A stretch of DNA of 64,000 bases from Takakia lepidozioides (Eukaryota; Plantae; Bryophyta). Location: assembly GCA_030704615.1 (NCBI GenBank), contig CM060732.1, forward strand, positions 17,112,001 through 17,176,000, given 5' to 3'. The position numbers and the translations under genes are program-made. The notes below the pieces were generated by a model. It was not told the origin of the DNA, searched no databases, and saw nothing but the letters and a program-made list of their open reading frames with translations. Shown piece by piece: positions 51,363-63,469 of this stretch; the first letter of the stretch is position 1, and each line of letters opens with the position of its first letter.

Positions 51363-52795
51363 GCGGTATCTCACCATCATCTCCATCTTTAAAGACTAGC
51401 TGATTGTTCAGCTTCTCCAGTGCTAATTTTGTCAATTGGCCTGGCTTCCCTGATGTTTGTCACTGGAGCATGTATTTATCTTTTTCTGTCTACTGATTGC
51501 ATCAGGCGATGCTGGAGGTCCACCACCGCATGCACAAGCTCTGGTGTCAATAGAGAGGCAAGAAAGCAGATCCTGACTTTAGATGACGCAGTCAGGGAGT
51601 GGTTGCTGAGGAAAGGTATGAAAGTGAGCTGCAGACAGAGAGTGCAATTCTCGGAGCTGTGGCTGACGAACTTCTTGGGTCAAGGGAAGGAGAGAGTGAT
51701 TGGGGTGCAAGCTTCCTTTGCTTTGATGAAGTCCAGGCATGCCCACTCATTGAACAGCCTTAAGTGTGGTTCAGGCTTGTAATGTTTAGTATGTGACAAT
51801 TTATGTATGACGGGGTAAAACATTAAATAGAAGACACCATCAAGGATTTGCGAGGGTAACAACCAGTGTTGGGCGGTTCTTGCTTTTTTCAAGAACCTCC
51901 GATTCCGGTTCTAGGGTAGGGTTTAAATTACAGTTCCGGTTCTGGGGCGGCTATTTGGGATGAAAAAAAGGCGGTTCCGGTTCTTGAACATTAGGACGGT
52001 TCCGGTTCCGGTTATTTGCTGGAAAAAGTTTTCGGTTTCGGTTAAGGGTCCGGTTATATTATTAAATTATTAAAGAGAATTAAAAACCAATTTTCCTCTG
52101 GAAAGTTAATGTCCTATTGGTCAAAGAAATGTTAGTATGTTTTCCTACAAAATAGACATTTGCTGTGGCAATGGCTGGTGGGCCGGAGTCCCTGCCCGGT
52201 AAAAAATATGAACTACAGATAAAGATAGAGTTTCTAGGGAATTTACAGAGCCTACTGCTCAACACGCAGCCCATCGAGGTGCCAATGGACAATGGACAGC
52301 TGAAGGCACATGTTCAAGGATTGAACCCAGGACCACCCAGGCAAGGCACAAATACCCAACCAGCAGCAGCACGGTCGACTTGATGAGGCTGGCGGGTCCG
52401 CATTAGGGACAAACACATAACTGCGCGAACCGGAACCTACCCGCCTCCTTGCTCCCGGTTCCGATTAGTGGCGGTTCCTGACCCCACTAGGTACCGCCGG
52501 TTCCGGTTCCATCAAAGCCAAAATCTGGGGCCGGCTTCCAGTTCCGGGTCTCCCAACTGGTCCGGTTCCGGTTAGGTTCTTAATAACTGGAACCTGACCC
52601 GCCGGTTAACCAGGGTCAGTCCGGTTAACTGCCCAACAGTGGTAACAACCATATGAATAGCTATATCACTGCTGCACAAAACAAAATAAACTGTTGCAAA
52701 ATTAGGAGTCACAAAGACTCATGGACTTGTTTACTGTATGGATGGCTTGGTCTCCTTCACTGCATATGATCTCTGCTGGAATACTTCGATGTATT
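51363..52795 (+). pseudogene. Duplicated fragment of the AFG1-like gene (intron 5, exon 6, part of intron 6), interrupted by a MITE
   Basis: Aligns to 41159-41850 with small deletions and a frameshift. Confidence 0.93.
51864..52641. mobile_element. hAT-type MITE
   Basis: TIR CAGTGTTGGGC / GCCCAACAGTG, 8-bp TSD GTAACAAC (51856-51863 and 52642-52649), subterminal CCGGTT repeats. Confidence 0.92.
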
Positions 52796-52939
52796 AAACT
52801 GGTAAACTTTACTGTAACCAACTGTACTGTAGCTACCAGTTTAGTTACCAGTTTACTTCGATTTATCAGGTTTTGGCCAAGCACAGCTGGCATCAAAATG
52901 ACGTAAGGTAGCCATTCTCGTGAGCATTAGTTCATCCAG

Positions 52940-53575
52940 TACTGATGAGCCCCCCACGTTTACACTTTACACTTGCCCACAAATATTCTCAGCACTTTAT
53001 CCTTGATTCCCTGCAATTTTGCACACTGCCTCCTGGGTATCTGCATGTTCCAACAAAATTGAGACCCAACAAAGGTACTGACCACAAGAATGCGCTGCAC
53101 CTTCGAAGGTGACAAGCCATCGAACCAACATTTAGCACAGTTCTTTGCTCGATCCACACTACGGAGCCGTTTATAGGTACTAACTACTGGAGTATCCTCA
53201 TAATGGATCTCTTCCATGTAGAAGAGGAAAGGCTGCTTGCACACTGACTTGGGAGCAGGCCAGGTGTTGAAACCAAATTCCAGGGGCTTGTTGTCACGGT
53301 TTCAAGCTGTGAAAGTGACTTCGACTAGTCATAATTCGGGGGAGAATGATTTATGGGGAAATGGAGAATGACAAGCCCTGCTTGTGGTCATAGCAGATTG
53401 ATTGCTGCAGAAAGCTGCCGGGCTCGGCTCGCATCGCTCGGATCAACAAGTGCAAGCCATCCAATGCACTCAAACCCGGAAACACTAGATCTATCAGCTC
53501 CTAATGGTGCATGGAGATGAAGGGAGCTACAGGATGTGCAGCAAGCAATCCATGTGCATTACCAAATATGTCAAA
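52940..53575 (-). pseudogene. Captured last exon of a DUF604 (fringe-like glycosyltransferase) gene
   Basis: FDIFGNAHGLLAAHPVAPFISMHH*..FLQQSICYD..FNTWP..CKQPFLFYM..PRRQC..LRIFVGKC, with stops and a deletion. Confidence 0.85.
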
Positions 53576-55038
53576 CTCCATCATTCCCCCCAGCAACCCC
53601 CAACAGTATCCCATGTCAAAACTGAATGTGTGTAACGAGTCCAACCGAATCTATTCAGACTATGTGCACAGGTACATTTTCACACAATAGGTGTTGTATG
53701 TGCTACAAGGGAGTTGTCATCATAACCCTACAATCAGCTATTTACGGCATGTGAGGTACATGTAAACATTGTTAACTGTACTGCTGATTCAGCCACAAAT
53801 CCATTGATAATCCTTACTTAGTGCCTACTGCAAAACCAAACGTAACCCGTCGCTCAAATGTAAGCGACGCCAGAGGCGTCGCTTTTCCTGCACCCTCTAC
53901 TGCAGAAACCAAAAATTGATCAAGTCACAATGCCTCAATGCCCAGGAAACAAGAGTTCTTGGACTTGCGTAACCCATTGATGAGGAGAAGGCAAGGGGAT
54001 AGCTCCCAGTATCTTTACATGAAAGCGGAGTTGTCATTTGTTGCTAACCGAGGCAGTTGCACACTGCACTATTGACATACTAAAAGTGACATCACTGACT
54101 CCAAGTGGCTTCCACCGAACAAACCATTGGAGAACATAAGAAATATCTTCCTAAGGAATTCCTTCACAAATTTGAGTTGGGACCTGAGCACCAAATACGA
54201 GTGCCGAGAAACTTGAGTGATGATGCCTAATCCCCACTGTGAAAGCCATAAAAAGTGGACAACTTGTATGCATTGACATGGCATACATGTCAACTAGGGT
54301 ATTCTCCAAAATGATGTCTGGCAAATCCCAAAACCTTCACAAAACCCCTAGCTTGTGTCTTTCCACATAATCATCTTATCACTGTTGGTTTGTTTCCTCC
54401 AAAGAGCGCTGTCACGATGACAAAAGGTCGACGCCCTCCATGAAACGGGCTTCCACTGCTCGGCATTCTCAAGCGGCCATAGCCATCCGCGCCAGACGAT
54501 GTAGGACAAGGAAGCGGCCTGATAATGAGACTGTCTGCATCGTCTCCAAAATGAGGTCTGCCACTTTTGCTCATTCCTTGATCTGTGTGCGAGGGCAACA
54601 GCTTCAACCGTCAGGGTTCCAGCGTTCCTACTTCGTCTGCACCCCAAGCTCGCACCTTCGCATACCGTCTTTTCGAGTTCTGACAGCAGCAGCCCGCTCG
54701 GTACTCGAAACAATACTTTATTCGTACGTATAGGAATACTAAACGTATATACGATAAGACAGCCTGGACCCTAGGCCCGAGCCTATGCTATAGAATCATT
54801 TTAGGAATCTGTCCTACGCTAGAAAGATTCCTGAAATACCCCAGGCCCGGGTCCAAGGCTCACTTGCAGGCCACAAAATGTTCCCTTACGTTCCCATAGG
54901 ATACCCCAGGCCTGTGGTATTTTGAGGAACAAAACCCCGAGACATTGCATGTCCTAGGCTATGGAATATTGTCCCGGGCTTTGGAATCTTTAGCCCGGGC
55001 TTTAGAATCTTTCAATGTATGGCTCTTTTTCCATTCCC

Positions 55039-55270
55039 GAGTTGCACCCTGTAGTGATTGCCATAGGCCATCATAGATGGGTAGGACTTGACATGCAAGG
55101 ACGGAGATACACTTAAGCAAAGCAGGTCTGAATCAATGTTCTCACCGTTCTCAGAGCCCTTGCTACAGCGACCTCAACCACTCCTCAAATTTTGGTGGTA
55201 GTTGTAGCTCCTCAGGATATGAAACATCCGTTGTCTACCACGACGATGACCTCTTCCCCGTTCTCGTAGA
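55039..55270 (-). mobile_element. CACTA transposase remnant, part right of the long-TIR insertion
   Basis: YPEELQLPPKFEEWL..KSYPSMMAYGNHYRVQ continues into VDGR*HVTFDSG on the left flank. Confidence 0.75.
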
Positions 55271-55479
55271 AATAGCTCTCTCTCTCCAATTATTCGTGCT
55301 TTTTCTGTCTCATACTCTCTGTTACAATATCATGAATGAGTCATTTAGCATTCTGCATGCATGGTCCGCTGCTACTCTCTCCCATTCCTCCCCTTCTTAT
55401 TGTATCCCTCCCATGCACATATCCGGAAAAGTTGTTCAAACTAGCAAGGGCAAAGCGCTGGGTCTCACTAAATTTTTCC

Positions 55480-55588
55480 ACTGCAGAGGAATCACCTCCG
55501 AGGTTAAGAAAACCATGCTCTGTCGCGTTATTAGACCTGCCTTGGAGTACGGATCTGCAATATGGGTTGATAACTCCAACCAGGCTAA
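55480..55588 (+). mobile_element. Short RTE-like LINE fragment fused to the PPR remnant
   Basis: KKTMLCRVIRPALEYGSAIW motif. Confidence 0.5.
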
Positions 55589-56120
55589 GTCTATGGCTGA
55601 ACGAGATGTGGTGTCGTGGAGTGCGATGCTAGCAGGGTGTGCACAGCAGGGACGTGGGATGTAGGCTTTAGAGACCTATGGGCAAATGATGGGGGAAGGG
55701 GTGAAGCCCGGCCTGCACATCATCTTTGTGTGCATTTGCAATGCTTCTACTGCAAGCCTGGCAGCCCTGGAGAAGGGCAAAGAGGTGCATGGGAATATCA
55801 TCAAAGTTGGAATTGTACCAAATGTCATTTTGAACACTGCCCTGGCAGCTCTAGAAAAGAGGAAAGAGGTCCATGGTGACATCTTCAGAGCTGGAATTGT
55901 ACCACATGTCATTACGAACAAGACCCTGGTGGACATGTTTGCAAAATGTGGGTGCATCGAGGATGCAAACGGAGTGTTCAACAGTATGGCTGAACGAGAT
56001 GTGGTGTCGTGGAGTGCGATGCTTGCAGGGTATGCATAGCAGGGACGTGGGATGGAGGCTTTGGAGACCTATGAGAAAATGATGGGGGAAGGGGTGAAGC
56101 CCGACCACATCATCTTTGTG
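55589..56120 (+). pseudogene. PLS-class pentatricopeptide repeat (PPR) gene fragment
   Basis: ERDVVSWSAMLAGYA*QGRGMEAL..MMGEGVKPD, ALEKGKEVHG, TLVDMFAKCGCIEDA; contains stops and internal duplications. Confidence 0.9.
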
Positions 56121-56444
56121 TGTTGTCATGCGCATACATATCGCTACACAACTACATCGCTGTCCAATCCACACAACACATGTATAACCACAAACCAGTC
56201 TGTCACAATATGTAGGTTGGGCTCAATGAACCGCCTACCCGGCTGCGGTAAGTGCAGGGTTCGCAGCAGGTATGGGGGCCTAAACTATCAATTCTAATAT
56301 CCTACCGGCAAAGAGAAGCTCAGATGCTCCCCTCTACAGGGCAATTTGTGTGTATATTGTGACAAACTGGTTTGTGGTTATACATGTGTTGTGTGGATTG
56401 GATAGCGATGTAGTTGTGTAGCGATATGTATGCGCACGACAACA
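56121..56444. repeat. 91-bp inverted repeat with ~142-bp spacer
   Basis: Arms 56121-56211 and 56354-56444, about 3 mismatches. Confidence 0.9.
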
Positions 56445-56999
56445 ACTTGCTCTGTGAAGAGGATTGAACTGTTCTTTGCCGGTAGAATTAGAATTTTGTT
56501 TGTTGATTCCTCCACTAACACACATCCAGGGTCCAACACATCCTGTGGGAAGACAAATGTGTACCAAGTATGAACGAGAAGCCGCCAGAAACGTCGAGGA
56601 GGCTGCTTTAGCGTGCATAGGAAACCAAGAACGGAGTGAGGACCAGAGTCGCGGTATGAGAGAGCAGGCATGCCCTTGTACTGCATGGTTGTTGAGGGGG
56701 TCAGTAGAAGCTGACGCTCCCGTGGAGAGCTCGAGTTGGAGTAGAAGACATCCAGAGCACTTTTCGATGGGTATAGGTTGGTGAAATCCATTCTAAAAGA
56801 GCCATGATAGAGCTTAAAAGAAGCGCAATGCAGTAGTAGTAAGAGGTAATACTAGAGCAGGAGGAGAGGCGATGAGACCACCTCGTGGGAGCACCAAGTT
56901 TGGGAGCAGAATCCATGGCGGCGGCCATGGCTAAATGTAGAGATCTGGGTAAAGTAGCGGCACGGCTAAACTAGAGAACTAAAAAGACAAGAAGACTAA

Positions 57000-59900
57000 G
57001 AATTTAGCGGAACCCTGAGGGAGGGCGGAGCGCCGCTCCGCCCCCGCTGAGAAGATTCAGATCACCTACGTTAGATGTTAATGCTTTTACACTACTATCT
57101 ATGAGATTGGACAAAGATTTGGATGACGGAAATCATTGCTAGGAGCTCCAGAGAACAAAGGACTTCATGATCAAGGGAGATCGACCCCCACTGCCCGCTT
57201 CTTCCTCCTCGAGTGCCTCGACGCCAGGGGACGTGCTCACACAGGAGCCAGCACCAAATGCCGAAGTTCCAGCTCCAACAAGCCCTCTCCAAGTAACTGC
57301 ACCTCCTTCCCCCCCAATTGTCCTCCCACACCAGGTACTGCAGCTACCCTCCCCATGCTTTATTTTTCAACCTATATTGCGTGATATTGAAAAGATGTTG
57401 GTTGCTATGCAGGAAAAGCCAGAAAATACCTGGGTCCAAAACCACAAGACAAACCATGAATTCCGTGGGTTACACTCCCTCACTTACCTGCCAGCAGTTC
57501 TCAGTCCATAGAAGAAGCCAAATTGCTCATTCACCAATTGGTTGGGTTTCTTCTACAGCAAAACAAAGTATCCATCCACTCATTTGACTGGTTTTCCCCT
57601 TACCAATCTCAGTTTAAGTTTACCCATAGCCAAACTTGTGATCAGAACCTGGACCCTCCCCATGTTGCTATGATTCATATCATAAGGCATTCAACCAATC
57701 TACCACCACACCTTATCTGGACAAAATCTCTCTTACCATACAATAAAAGAGTCAAATTCTTTGTAAACAGGCCATCAAATGAGACGCTAGGTCTCATCAT
57801 GCCCCTTCCAATAATGCTGATTAACATTACCTCCTGGAACATCAGGACTTTAGGGTCCGACCCAACTTCCCTCAAGAGAGTGAGGCTATCCTCCTGGCTC
57901 GCCCCATTCTTAAACCAGCAATCAACTCCAGAAAACAGAAAATAAAAACACTTACCAAGTGTCTCAAAGTTTGTTAGATCATAATGGAAAGCCCACGTTG
58001 TGATGAAGCAACGTTCCACACCTACATGGAAGCTAGGTCAAATATGGAGCTCTTCAAAAACCTCAAAGATGAGAAACTCAAAATGCAGGCGGGAATCAAC
58101 TGGTCAACTCATGGGGGAAAAATGACCAAGTATTTCTTCGACAAAACCAGATAGAAGATGGCAGCTCAAAACATCTCTGGCCTTAAGGATCAGAACTCTG
58201 GATTGACCACCTCCTCTCTGAAAGCCATGACAGGCTTAGCCTTCTCACACTTCCAATCTCTCTTTCATAGTGTCCACCAACCGGCCTCATCCTTTTCTGA
58301 CCTTCATAAACAATGTTTATCCCAAACCCCTGCCCTCCTCTCTCCGAGCATGGCGGCTTCTATGGACGGTACATTCTCAGAGATAGAATTAGAGATGCGC
58401 TGTCCAAACTCCATAATGGGAAATAGCCAGGCATAGATGGCATTCTTGTGGAGTTCTACAAATCTTTGTGGATGCACATCTCTCACGACTTCACTGATAT
58501 GGCCAACCACATTTTCCAGAAGCAACAGATGCCCCCGCAAATGATGCAAGGTGTGATCATTCGAGATCCTCCTCAAAAAATGGGATAGAACAAACATATC
58601 TAACTACAAGCCAATAACTCTGCTCAATGTAGCCTACAAAATCATAGCCAAAGCACTCTCAAGACGTCTGCAACCCATCCTGCCTACCATCATAAGACCA
58701 GGACAAGCAGGTTTCATCAAGGGAAGATACATCTTGGATAACCTCCTTCTAGCCCAGGAAATCCCTCACAATGCCAGCAAAACCAATCAAGCCATCACCA
58801 TCCTGTTAATGGACTTCGAAAAAGCGTTCGATAGGATAGAATGGTCATTTTTGTTGCAAGCCCTGCAAAAAATCGGCTTGCCTCCGGGTTTCTGTCAATG
58901 GGTCAGAATTTTGTACTGATAGGATCACCAAGCAAAGTTCTCATCAATGGCCATCTCTCAAAACCTTTCTCTCTTCACAGATTTGTTCTCCAGGGCTGTC
59001 TGTTGTCCCCTTTTTTGTTCCTCATCGCAGCGGATACTTTAGGACATATGTTGCAAGCAAATCAAGCCATTACGGGGCTTAGAACAACCAATCATATTAT
59101 GCAACAACCAATAGAGGTCAGGGAGTCCATGTTTGGCGATAACATGTTCCTCGCGCTCCAAGCCAACCTCACAAACCTAGACATACCCTCGAGACATTTT
59201 GCCAGCCTTTGGCTTTAAAGTAATTTGGGGTAAGACCTGTGCACTGCTGGTGTGGGACACTTCAAGGTCCCAAATCGGTGCCCAACCCACCTGGGGGACA
59301 GATAAGGGCATGAGGTGGCTTCAACCAGGCCAAACAACAACACTTTTTGGCTACACGTATGATATCAACCTGACAGACCAACAACGCTTTGAGCCCACAT
59401 TTGCAAAACTTAGAACAAAGCTGGCCTATCGGGGATCCCACCACTTATCCATCACGGGCAAGGCACAGGCCACCAATCAGATCCTATCAGCAGGCCTTTG
59501 GTACTTTGCAACATCTTGGAGACCTGCCTCATCCCAAATTAAAGAGGTCAAGAAACTTTTGAGGAACTTCATATGGGGGGGGGCCAACAACCATAATGAA
59601 AAGAAACAACCACAAGTTTCTTGGAAGCAAATGTGCCTCTCAAAGAAGAAAGATGGGTTAGGGATCATTGATTCAGACAAACAGATTACTGCCTTCCTAG
59701 GAAAATGGATCCCTAGGTTCCTGGGCCCGAGGGCGGATGGTGGAAATTTTTGGTGGCGGATAACATAGCTAAGGCCACCCCCTTGAAGTCCACAACTTGG
59801 CAGCCTTCCTTCCGTTGGATAGTAAATGGCTTGAAACATAAAACCACTGGATCCTCCCTTTGGACAACCATATGGCAAGCCTGGGCTCACTTACGACCCT

Positions 59901-60540
59901 TCTTGTCAAAATCGGAGCCCAGTTCCTTTCACAAGACTCTTAGGCCGTCGCTCTTTCTCAACTCCAACGTATCCTCCCCAATCCAGAGGCAACAGGCAAA
60001 AAAAATGGTCAGCATGGGATTTCAAAGGCATCAGCAGAATCAGAGACATTTGGAAATAGGGTTGCTTCCTATCCAAAGACATTATTTCCAATTTGGTTGG
60101 ATGGACAGGGGCAAACCACGGGTACAAAACTATTATCTAAACCATTCCAACCCAATGGACAGATATTCTCTAAGCTAGACCTATAGTCCCAACTAGTAAC
60201 TTCTGGATCCTAGTCATCTTGTTCAACACACTTACAATACTATTTATGGTCTACTCCTCGGGACAGTATATAGAGGGATACTCTTTTCACATAGACACAA
60301 TCACTCTAACTCTCACTATCCAAGACCACTCCATTCAAACTTTCCCCCATGCACCCACAAACCGGCAAGAATTTGTTGCTGGACCTCTCCAACCAAAGAA
60401 ATAAATCCCCAGCCACCGCTCAACCAACCCCTGGTAACCTAGCTCTTCTCCCAATGCTTCATCTGGGTCCTGGGCAGACCGCTGCCAGAGCTCGATTTCG
60501 ACCCACACGAATGGTCATGGAAGCTTGCTTGAACCTATCA
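57000..60540 (+). mobile_element. L1/Tx1-clade LINE, degenerate, internally deleted and 3'-interrupted
   Basis: APE start ITSWNIRTL; RT motifs GIDGI.VEFYK, YKPITLLNVAYKIIAK, MDFEKAFDRIEW, QGC.LSPFLF, VSWKQMCLSKKKDGLGI. Confidence 0.92.
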
Positions 60541-60548
60541 TGGTTTTA

Positions 60549-62561
60549 GTCATGGTTAACTAGAATTACCTACTTCTAGTTAATTAGGACATTTTGGATA
60601 TTTATATTTGTATTTTGTGTGTTGGGACTTCATTTGGTCTCATATGCCAAGTGAGGTGTCAAGCCTCACTTGAAACATGGGGATGGGTTTTCCCCTTGTG
60701 AGTGTGGAGGAGAGCTCATCTTCTTGTAGTTGAGCCTCCATGAGCCTCTTTCACCTCCATAGCTCTAGGTATTGAGAGGGAGTGTGGTGAGGGCTTTGTA
60801 GGGTGGATTCCCTTAGCAAGGGTGCCCTTGGCTTGACTTAGTTTATGTGATTGAGTGGATTCATGAGTGGAGTGTTTCCATTGTGTTTACTTTCATTATC
60901 ACTACAAGAAGATGACCCTATGCTTGTGAGTACGGAGTGTAAGGATTAGTTTACCACTTGTGTTGGTGTACACCAAGGAGTGAGAGAGCTAAGAAAAGCT
61001 CAAGTATCTCACAAGGCTTGCAAGGTGTTGCAAGGGAGAGTGTGTTTGCATTGCATCAAGGAGGTGGATAGCTCAAGGAGAGAGCTCTTGAGTTACAAGA
61101 TTTTGCAAGTATTGCAAGGAGAAAATCTTGTGTGTGTGGAAGCAAAAGGTTTGAAAGTTTGAGAAGAAAGAGCGCCATCTCTTGTATCTCAAGTGTTGTG
61201 ACAACTATTTGCCAAAGAAGTGGCTTTTATGGTGAAAAGAATGCATTGAGGGTTTGTATAAGCATTATTGTGCACCAAGGGTTTGAGAGCTTGGAAAAGA
61301 GCTCTTGCATCACAAGAGAAGCGCCAAGTGTGTAGAGAAGATAGACACTAGGGTTTCAAGAGCAAGCTCTAGTTGTTCATGGTGTGAAAGAGAAGCCAAA
61401 GAGCGGCACATGCTTGGGTTGGAAACAACATAGAAGGAGTACAACAAGGGTAGCTTGAGGAGCATTGAGTAGCTCAAGAGAAGCTAAGAAGTGGTTGTTT
61501 ATCCATGGTGAAATGAAGCCAAGTGGGGTTTCATTTGGTTGACAAACAAGCAAGCTAAGGGAGTGCTTTTGCTAGTTCTATGAGTTTTGGATTGCTCTTG
61601 ATGAAGCAAGTGGCGCATGTGTGGAGTAAACTTTCCAAATGTGGCTTCCAACTTCAAGCTTGAGGAGAGCTAGAAGGTGAAGTGAGCAAGTTCATACTTT
61701 GTGTATGAGGTAGTGCATGTGTGGAGCATGTTTTTGGCTTAAGCTTTGCCCTTTGAAACTTGAGAGGAGTGGCTCTTGAGCTAGCAAGTGAAGGAAGCTT
61801 GAATGACCAATGTTTGAGGGGAGACAAGGCTTGGTGGCTTGCTAAAAGAGGGGGTGCGTGTTGTGGAAGAGAAGCCAAGGAGCGATTGGCTAGGGCTAGG
61901 GCTAGGGCTTGCAATCGCTAGGGCTGCAATCACATAGGCTAGGGCTTGAAGACAACAAAAGCAAACACTTGGAGAGCATCAAGAAGCTCAAGGTGACCCC
62001 AAAGGGAAGCATGTGGGTGAAAATTCTATCCATGATATGTGAAACCAAGCTTAGAGCATTGAAGAGCTTGGAGCACATGTGGGAGATCATTGGAGGTGGT
62101 CTTCATGAAGAAATGAGATTGTGGCTCAAGGCATGCATAGCAACTTCAACCATACATTAGCATGTGACAAGTCAAGGAAGGGGAAGGTGAAGCTCATGTA
62201 TTCATTCCCTTCTTGCTTAAGTTTTGTGGTGGATGGTTGATCAAGCAAGTGATGTTTATGTGGAGCATGCTCTTTAGGGCTTATGACTTCAAGTTTGAGA
62301 AGATGAGCTCTTGAATAGAGGTGTGGATACACATTATTGTGAATGAAGACAACACCTAGGTCAAAAGGTGGAAATGTGTGTGACTAGCCAATGCAAGGGA
62401 AAGCACATGGCATACAAAATTCAAATTGAAGAGGCTTGGCATTTGTCATTGGGCACATTAGCTTGATATGAGTTCCGAGGAGATCAAGAGGAACTTGTCA
62501 ATTTGATGAATGCATTGCAAGATAAGGCAATGCAATCTTGCATGCATGTTAGGGGGGAAGA
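60549..62561 (+). mobile_element. Unclassified decayed LTR-retrotransposon-like sequence ending in a PPT-like tract
   Basis: Purine-biased, CpG-poor, internally repetitive. AGGGGGGAAGA at 62551-62561. No intact domains. Confidence 0.35.
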
Positions 62562-63469
62562 TACTATGAAGAAGGTGTTTCTCACCATCACATAAGCTCC
62601 TTAAGGCTTGGGGTAGAAGCATGGATGAGGAGCAATAATGTGATTATGGTGTTTCTTACTATACTCTACAAACCCTAGTCTCCATACATGTCAAAAACTG
62701 GGTATGGCTCATTCTGCCCACCATACAGTTTTCTGAAAGAATATGGCTCATTCTGCCCATCACACAGTTTCTGACAAGAGTATGGCTCCCTACCCAACAT
62801 ATATTTTTGTGAAAAGTGTATGGATACAAGGGGAGAGACTTTGCCTACCATACGTTTCAGTAAAAGTGTATGATATCTAGGGTATATCTGGAGGAGTATT
62901 GCCTTTGGAGGATCTTTGGGGGGTCCTTGGAGGAGCTTTTGGAGGAGTTTTTGAAGAGCTTTTAGAGGGGTATTTGGTGGACTATTTGGGGTCTTGGAGG
63001 GCCAAGTTTTGGGAGGCTCTTGGGGCCTTGAGTACAGTTTGGAGTTCCATTGTGCAAGGTGCCTTAGTGAGATTGTTTGAGAGACATCTTGAGGGCTCCT
63101 GGAGAGTTATTTGAGGGACCCCTGAAAGGTAGTCTTGTCTATTGCTCCAGCAAGAGAGTGTGGAGATAGGGTAGTGGGATGAGAGCATTCTGGGGTTAGG
63201 AATTGTTTTAGTCTCTCTTCCTTGTAGTCTTTCACCCTCTTTGTAGGTCAAAACCTTTCCGTAGGTGGAGGGAAGAATCAGTCCGGGTTTGGGCTGGGGT
63301 GTCTTGCAGGAGCGATTGTGGAGTGTTTGTGGTGTGGGGAAGTTACTGTTTGATTTTCTTGTGTTTGGATCCCCTCCACACTTGCATGCTTGACTGTGCG
63401 CCATGTTAGCTTTGTGTGGGCGCTTGTTTTCATAGGAGGTTGGTCCGGATTTGATCACCAGCCAATCCT

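Larger units (their letters stand above)
50948..55038. mobile_element. Long-TIR (foldback/Pack-type) element carrying host gene fragments
   Basis: TIRs 50948-51344 and 54644-55038 (GGGAATGG...CCATTCCC) with about ten differences by eye. No transposase inside. Confidence 0.9.

Noticed and set aside
56450-56930. 5' part of a membrane-protein gene (MAAAMDSAPK..IALLLSSIMALL), or the missing SES1 5' exons
   Set aside because: Frameshifted, no recognisable family, and lacks the expected saposin CxxC segment.
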